A stretch of 56,424 bases of DNA, the filler included, from Jimgerdemannia flammicorona (taxonomy: Eukaryota): the NCBI GenBank assembly GCA_003990765.1. It is 2 parts of 2 records of this genome, joined end to end, with 100 filler letters (N's around TTAATTAATTAA, not from the genome) between each part and the next. Parts side by side here need not be neighbours in the genome. Positions count along the whole stretch, not along the records: positions 28,288 to 56,424 come from RBNJ01000581.1; 1 more part is not named here. One strand, given 5' to 3'. Each line of letters starts with the position of its first letter. Position 1 is the stretch's first letter. The notes beneath the pieces are model-generated. The model saw nothing but the letters and a program-made list of their open reading frames with translations, was not told where the DNA came from and did no database searches. Positions 48,873-56,424 of the stretch are shown piece after piece. A program made the position numbers and the translations under genes.

Positions 48873-50532
48873 TACCATTCATGACGTCACCAACCACGCG
48901 ACTCCCACGATGCTGCTAGCAACTTTTAAGACTTGGGTGACCGCGCTAGTTTTCCTCGTCGGTCTTGGCGAAGCTAACTAATGAGCCCCCCGAAGCAAGG
49001 ACGAAACTGACGCCAACTTCGACAAAAACGATGCACACTCCGATTTTCGCCATTACTCGCCTCCTTGCAACCAGGAGTTAATGTCGGGTCAAGAAGTCAG
49101 GGACGAAACCGGTATGAGGGTCTTATACACGGAGCCTAAGGCACGCGCTTGCTTCGTACGATGGCAGATGGAGGCGTCGCAAAGCCCTTTGGAGTATCAG
49201 GTACGCGTTCTGTTTTATATGGATTATTACGTTGAGGTTTGCGAGTCGGGACCTTGGCGACAGGATTGCGGGATTCTGGGTACGGGCAATTCATGCGGCG
49301 TCTCCGGCTCTTGGTGGAATAAATAGATGTTTGGTGCTCAACCTCGAGATGGATTTTGTACTTGTTTATGACGAACACCATAGCATATAAGTCGTCGTAA
49401 TTAAAGACGCATTATTAAGGCAGACGTGTTTCGCCCTTGCTCGAGGAACTCTACAGTTGGTTTGGAGCTTACCATCGTCGGTGTCCCAGAATAAATAAAT
49501 ACTCTCGGTAACGCTTTTTCTTCAAAGATTAGAACAATTCAAACACCGAGTCGTGATCTATTATGACCCGGGCTATGCCTCATGGGTTTACTTCAGTGTA
49601 CGTGCAAACCATACAGGCCAGTACACGGCAGCACAGAAGAGCAGGGCAAACGTTTGTGGATATTATCTACGGGTAATGGAAAACCAGTAACTTTTCAAAG
49701 TGTGTACCGGTAAAGGTACTATTTACAAAACACGCGAGAGGACAGTGAAAAGGGAAGGGCTGTGAGGGGACGTTGCAATGCAATAACGCAATATATATGC
49801 TCGGGTGGTCGACGTTACCCACAACCTATATCAATCTGAAGTGCAGCTTCACTTGTGGGTGGGTGTGTATATATTGTAAATCCATCTTGGGAATTGTCTT
49901 TGTGCTCTAGAGAAAAATGACCTGAACCACGGCATCGACGTCGTTGCTCTTTGTGAAGATGGAGAGTCTCTTGATTTCAATAATAATAATAAAGTCGTGT
50001 CGTTGATTTATTGATAAAAACCAGGAACACGCTCGTAAATAATATGTCAAACATTAAGCACTCTGCACATTATTGGGCGTTCATGCTATTTTCTAAACAT
50101 TGCATGTATGCACAAGCGGAACATTAGTGCTGAAGCAAATTGATGATGTCGATAAGGCGATCGCTAAAACGCAGCAGACATATTGGTGTCCAGCTGTGAT
50201 GGTTGGGATATCGGGCTCGGCAACATTTATAACATCTCGCGATGTTTTCTCATGTAAGTTTAGTTTATATTTTTCCATAATTATTATTCTGTAGGTTTGA
50301 TGGCTTTCTACTTTCCGTCACTATTCATTAAGTTGACTTTGTAATGTAACCCCACGTGGCAGTCAGGTTTGTGACGTTAATTGGAAATTTGGAAAAAGCC
50401 ACGCGATTCTCCCTTTTTCGGAGATTAACTCTTCTACTCTTTCTTTCTTTCGCTCAAACATAAAGCCAGCGGAATGGTTGGTATATTTGATTCTCTCTAC
50501 CTCTCCTGCACCAACCCACCACCACCTCGCCG

Positions 50533-51081
50533 ATGTCTCACAACCCGCGTACCAAACAGGTCACAAAATTTTCCCGCCGAGATGCCGACTACGAGGCTAA
50601 ATTGTTCGGGAGCTGGGGCAACCAAGTTCCGGCAAACGGCGGTACCGATCCCTTCGTTCCATCTCAACAACCCATTGACAATAAAAACGAGGACGATCTG
50701 GACTGGAGGCAGAACCTGGGTCGGTCGGAGCAGTCTCGTCCGCGCATTGCACCCGAGGACTACTTTGTGGTGGGTTGGGTGGGTGGCTTGGTAGTGCAGA
50801 TTCGTGAAATTGAAGTGTAGATAAAGAGCATTAAACAGTGGGGTTACTGCACAGCAGCATATTTAACTTGAAAAAAAAAAAATTCTTCGACAGATTCCAC
50901 CACAGTACCCTCTTATTGATATTCTTGGCCCGAGGAAGAGCTACTTGATGCAAATTCAGACGAATACAGGCACCTGGCTGGAATGTGCCTACGGAAGGGT
51001 GAGCTATGTATTGAATTTGAAGGCATGCTTGTGTATCTAAAGGAATGACTACAGTTCATACAATAATTGTTTCGTGGCTTT

Positions 51082-51139
<58 letters not shown>

Positions 51140-53923
51140 TTGTGCAGCAAATCGACATGTGGGGCACACGGGAAAACATTGCGGAAGCCAAGTCTCAATT
51201 GAACAACAAACTTTTGCGTATTTACGAGGTGAGAATAAGGAAATAGTGCAGCCGCATTTTTGGCTACGCTGGTTCTCATAGACCATGCTATTATTGAAAT
51301 TTACATAAACTCCTCTACACAGCTCGAAGAGAAGACTCGTCGCAAGGTCAGAGGCTGGGCTAAGCCGGAGCGTGCTTTGACGGACAAGGAACGCAAGAGG
51401 CAGGAGCGCAAGAGCAACGAAAAGGCTGAAATGGAGCCATACCTTAAGCACAAGGCCCCGCTGGAATCCAAGCCGTTCATGGGCGTCTTCATCCTCCCCA
51501 ACCAGGACATTCCCATCAGCCACATCATCGGCTGGGACGAGGAAAAGTTGAACGAAATCAGGGCCCAGTGCAAGTGTCATATGTGGCATGAGGCGAGGGA
51601 AGATGTAAGGTTTGGGAAAACTTTGAGAATAGATTGCAGCGTGGTTGTTCAGGGGCAGTTGAATTGGATAAAGCTGTGATGGTTGATCATGCGCTCATAT
51701 AATTATAATGAACCCGTCTTACAGGCAATAAAAGTTGCCGGGGATACGAAAGAGTGTGTTGCTATGGCTACAATGCGTATCAAGAATCTTTTTTTCACAA
51801 TTGTAAGCTTTCTGGGTATACTTTAGATTTGGAACTCGTCAGTTGAAAATTCATCTTGTGGTCATTTTTTGGAGATTGTAATATTTCTGTCACTTCCATA
51901 GGCTTGTCGCCCCAATCCCCTCACCGACAAACCCAAGCAACTCTACTTCATCGACCAGCCCTCGGAAAACTATAAGATCAGCTTCTGCAAAACCCCTTAC
52001 GGCTTTGAGACACCGCGCCCGTCTCCCGCGACCCATGGATATCGACTCCTCGAGCCGCTACGCACGGGCACGGAGCATAGCCTCCAATTTGTTGAGAACC
52101 TTATCGAGCTTGGTGAGGGCGACTGCAGTGGGAGGTTGACCATGAAGGAAACGCCTGTGAGGCTGCCGCAGCAAATTTTGACGTAAGTGGTGGCGGTTTT
52201 GGCGTGTCGATATGAAGGATAGGGGTTTCCTTTTTGGAGAGAGTTGGGGGCAAGTGTTCGGTTCGGGAGCGCATGTGGGTCGGAGCGAAGAGTTAAAAAC
52301 TTGATGGGGATTTGAGTTAGTAAGCGTTTTGATACAATTGTGCTCGTTTTGCTACTATTTTGCCCTCGTCTTGGTTATCTCAGGTTGAACGATAGGAATG
52401 CGAACAGGCTAGAGCAAGGACTGAAGACAGCTCTTGAGAGGATTAGATTGTTCGATTATGATATCAGGATGAAAATAAGGTGAGTGGTGTGGGATGTGAA
52501 GTCCTTGGTACATCGTCGGCGCTCCAACGCGAGTGGGAGCACTCGTTGAAATGGTGACATATCCTTTTATAGGTTCGGTCAGATCTACATGATGGACTAC
52601 CCCACCAAGAACAACCATTGGACGATCCAAGAAATTGCGGATAAGGCTTTCTTGAACCCCAAACTCAGAGCCGAACTGGCGCCATGGTAGGTATTACAGT
52701 ACCGGCCATCCCCAACTATGGCCTTGAAAACATGAATTACTCTTAACACCATCCGCACGTTGCTTTCTGTTTTATTTTTTGCCCACTCTTTTCCCGAAGC
52801 ATGGCCCGCGTGAAGGAAAACATGGACCCGCTGTTTGAGTATCTCAACGCCCACGGGCTTAACGAGTACACGGATAGTCCGCGTACCTCCTTCGTCATCG
52901 AGGCCAACCAGGTCCTCGAGTTTGTTCAGCCGTCCCGCTCCCGAGGCAACGCATACCCGTCACCGAGATTCGACACTCGCATCGACTGCAGCTTCAAAAA
53001 GGACGGGAAAATCGGGCTATGGGATTGTGTCACCGAACATCAAGAACTGTTAACGGCTAGTATGATTAATTTGGAGAAGTAAGTGGGGGGAAGTTGGGCT
53101 CAATTCAGTTGGATGCTTGCATTTAAATTCACCCGAGTATTGGGTATAGGAACTATGCTTGGGAGCTGAAGCTGGAGTCGGCCAGACGCGTCCCGACCGA
53201 CAGACCGTCACCGCATGGACAGCTCATTCACACACTTCGACTCAAGTTAGTAACAATTTTACTCACATTGCACCAATACTAGCTCAATTATCGGAAAAAA
53301 AAAAAAAGGGGGGGGAGGGGGGGGAGGGGTTCCTTTTATTTATTTTTATAGTATACTACTTAATCAAACCAGTAAAGGGAACCGACTCGTCTACACCAAC
53401 AACGAGGAACTCACGGTTCAGTCCGTATGCCAGAAGACGAAGTGGCTGTTTGATTGGGAGGAGAATAATTACATTATTGAGATCTGCCGCGACGAAATCT
53501 GGAACCAGCAGCCCAAGGAGAAAGACATAAACATCGAGATCGATTTGGCGACTGAGCCAGATAAGACCATGTACAAGGTGTCGGTGAGTTTGTGATTCGT
53601 TTTCTGGATGGAGAATGTTCATAGCGGCGATGATTGGCCCTCAATGTCGGGGCAAAGTATTTTGGTGTTAAACAGCATTCTTCCCCGCCGACCGACAGAT
53701 GTACAAGGATGCTTGGTACAATCGGTTCTCGGAGAACCTAAATCTTGGCGTCGGCATGGCCCCAAACTGGACCCCGGGCGACTTCCTGCATACCGAGGAT
53801 GAGAATGTCACCAAGCTCGTCGCCGTCGCCCGTGAATTCTTGGACATTCTTACCGAGAATCTTAAGCGCTACTGGGAGTGGACACCCGAGGAGGCCAAGC
53901 TCAGGTTCACCGAGCGCCAGTAA
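50533..53923 (+). CDS. multi-exon hypothetical protein with two degenerate KH-like domains
   Basis: Spliced exons give IPPQYPLIDILGPRKSYLMQIQTNTGTWLE...QIDMWGTRENIAEAKSQL and LPNQDIPISHIIGWDEEKLNEIRAQCKCHMW...IKVAGDTKECVAMATMRI; later LERIRLFDYDIRMKIR/FGQIY; ends RFTERQ*. Confidence 0.75.
51085..51138 (+). repeat. poly(T) tract in an intron
   Basis: About 54 T just before the 3' splice site. Confidence 0.85.
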
Positions 53924-55169
53924 GCGTCGCATGGTTAGGGATCAGTTGTGTGCTTCATTTTTGTGTTGTTACCCTTACCTTTGAACAGTCTGATTATTCT
54001 TTAGCCTTAGCCTTGCTTTCAGGCAGGTTTCCCTTTCCTTCAGTAGAGTCCTATTCTTGCCTGCTTGTAGCAGGTTTCGATATATTTGCTCAAGCCATCA
54101 TACTGTTTACGTGTTAAACATCTTTGCTTTTGTTTTTTTTTTTTCATATATATTCAGTATGCTTACGTTCTTTCATCTCAATGACTGCGGTTTTCATTGA
54201 AATTTGTTTCGCAAATATATTATAAAAATTGTGCTGGCATCATGTTGACCTATGTGATGTTTTGTGTTTCTAGCATTTAAACCATCTATAGAGATTCTCT
54301 GAGACACTTCCTGGACAAATTGTCGTTTCTGGATTGCTAAGCATCCGCCGCGGTATATACATAACTCGCACAATAATGTGGGTCTCACACTCTATGATTG
54401 GCCACAAAAAAAAAAATTGTCCTGCCTCCTGACATGACGTGACATGCATTCCCCATTACCTGCGACGCTTCGTATCAATATAGAAGAGTAGTGTACAGAC
54501 ATAATTATGTTGGAACGCAAGATGCTGCGTGTCACACGCCAACGTCACTTGACAAAAAGGCGTCGTACACATTCGTGTGTGGGTAAAAACGGAAGAGCAA
54601 GGTTCATATATCGTCGAGGGCTCAACCTGCAGCATCATGCCCATATGAGGCGAAGTTTATTAAAAAGTAATTACCTTATGGCCTATCTGGATTGGTACCT
54701 TTTTAAACAATTTCATCTCATATACGGCAGATGGACTCACTTTTGCAAACAAAACACGTGGTGCGGTCGCGTAACAAACCGAATCTTGTAAAAAAAAAAC
54801 CCCCCAGTCGGTTCCGTAACCACAAAGACTGTAGAACAGACGCAATGATTATCCCCTTTCGAATGTATTTCTTGTCTCGTCCATTCCAGCATGATTAGAT
54901 ACACGATCCATATTACGGGTCAAGTTGAGTCTAGCCAGAGCGACATACTCTGATTTTTTTTTGCTTTTGTTAAAATGCTTGTTTTTCTAAGCGATTCGAG
55001 ACTCTATTTACGCCCCCCTCCCTCCCTTTCCCTTTCCCTTCCCTCCCCATTACGAGATCAGACAGGCGGGCACGCAACAATGTTTCTCTTCCTCCGCTAG
55101 CGTCCACGCGTCAAACATCCCCACCCATTCTCCATACGCAACTTCAAACCCCCAATCGGGCACCATCCA

Positions 55170-56163
55170 TCACTCGCGCTTCGCTGGCGTAGGCGCCCAT
55201 GATCCGGGTTGGAAGGTATCGCCCTGACCCGTTGCCTCGGTGGACGGGAGGGTCGGTTCTGGAGAGATTGGATAAAGGTAGGGGTGGAGATGAGGATGAA
55301 GTAAGGGAATAGAAGCATCACGGTTGCTTCGCAAGAGTCCACTTCGATTCACAAATAAAATCCCGTGCACAAAAAAAAAAAGGGGGGGACCTTCACGAGC
55401 TTTTTTTTTTTATTTTTTATTTTTATCCTTACTTTGTCGAGCTTGTCGCCTGGCCTCCGACTCGTGCGACGATGCCGGTGTCGTTTCCGTCGGCGAGACC
55501 TGGCTCTGCGCCTCTATCAGTAGTGCGTTCTCCTGCTGGATCTGAAGTTTGCGCTAAGCGATGCAATAGATATGATTGTGGGAGAAAGTCATAGTGTTAT
55601 CTCAAGCAGAAAACGTAACCGCAGCGCAATATACCTCAGCCCATTGCCGGTCCAGCTCCTTGGCCCGCTGGATGATTAGCTCGCGCTTGTGATTCGCAGC
55701 GATCAGCTCGTCAATCGTAGGGGGGTCTGGACGTGTGTGGCGGAGCCAGGCTTGCCATTGGACTAAGAGGAGAGGTCAGAGAATTAAATCAGAACGAGGT
55801 GTCGTAAGGAATTTAATACGAGGTGTCGTAAGGACGGCAGATTCCCACCTGGCAGGTGGTCCTGGGTGAACTCGCTAACGTCGCGGGTTGTTTGCATGTC
55901 GACATAACGCTTGGGGCGGCCGTCTAGACGGGTAAGACAAGTTGAGACGGTCAGGTGCGTGGCATAGACATATGCGAGGGAGGGTGAGGAAATGAAGCGG
56001 AGAGACGGACTGCATGCTAACTTGGGTTGTTTAGGTTTGGCCGCTCAAAGTATTTGTTCCCGTCGAGGTCTGTGCCCACGGGGGTCTGGGTCCTCGCGGG
56101 GAGGAGACGGAAGGCCTTGAGTGAGTGGGATAAGCGCTGCAACACTGTCCTTGGAGCCGACAT
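55170..56163 (-). CDS. NDUFAF2: NDUFA12-family complex I assembly factor (NDUFAF2/mimitin-like), 5 exons
   Basis: VGTDLDGNKYFE...RRPKRYV...LP/VQWQAWLRHTRPDPPTIDEL...TGQGDTFQPGSW. Confidence 0.85.
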
Positions 56164-56424
56164 TTCGGGGGAAAGCGTGTAAGGGTTGGGAGAACGTGGA
56201 GCGGACTTTTTTCTTGTGGCGCGCAGATCATTTGTCATGCAGGGATGACTTGGTCGGTGGGTCATCTGCACCGAGCTCCCGATCAGGTTACAAAGAGCCA
56301 CGACCTACACAACCATATTCATTCACATCTCTTAACTTGTCCGATACAATAACCCCCTCCAAAGGAACCCACCCCCACTTTGTTCCTCGTCTCTCTCTTC
56401 ACCGTCCAACCCTCCCTCCCTCAC

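Noticed and set aside
47954..49381. Short ORFs in the 47.4-50.4 kb intergenic region
   Set aside because: No motifs recognised apart from the Gypsy fragment; they could be pseudogene debris but are unsupported.
55097..55342. Alternative last-exon frame for the NDUFAF2-like gene
   Set aside because: The frame ending at 55170 (TGQGDTFQPGSW) resembles the family's usual C-terminal motif; this frame does not.
55794..55835. 17-bp direct repeat acgaggtgtcgtaagga in an intron
   Set aside because: A local slippage duplication with no sign of function.

Overview
Eukaryotic, most likely fungal DNA. GT-AG intron-rich genes, a Bud4/anillin-like gene and L1/Tx1 LINEs suggest an early-diverging fungus such as Mucoromycota (inference). 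A 100-nt artificial spacer (N44-TTAATTAATTAA-N44, 28188-28287) splits the window, so the halves may be unrelated contigs. Positions 1-30.7 kb are a nested, C-to-T-decayed retrotransposon pile. It holds three pieces of one Ty3/Gypsy family (A, B, C), a full-length chromovirus (D, 6038-12145, 465-bp LTRs, 5-bp TSD), two near-complete G-rich L1/Tx1-like LINEs, a poly(A)-tailed LINE-type fragment, a tiny poly(A) insert and another Gypsy-like remnant. Both main Gypsy families encode a dUTPase between the CCHC knuckle and the protease, and element B carries a ~3.6-kb internal inversion. Positions 30.8-56.4 kb are CpG-normal and gene-rich: an intronless 1448-aa J-domain/FN3/CCCH/SAM gene, a multi-pass membrane protein with a Met-rich loop, an ankyrin + Bud4/anillin-like PH gene, a degenerate KH-fold gene and an NDUFAF2/NDUFA12-family gene. 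All calls come from manual translation and alignment; no searches were run.
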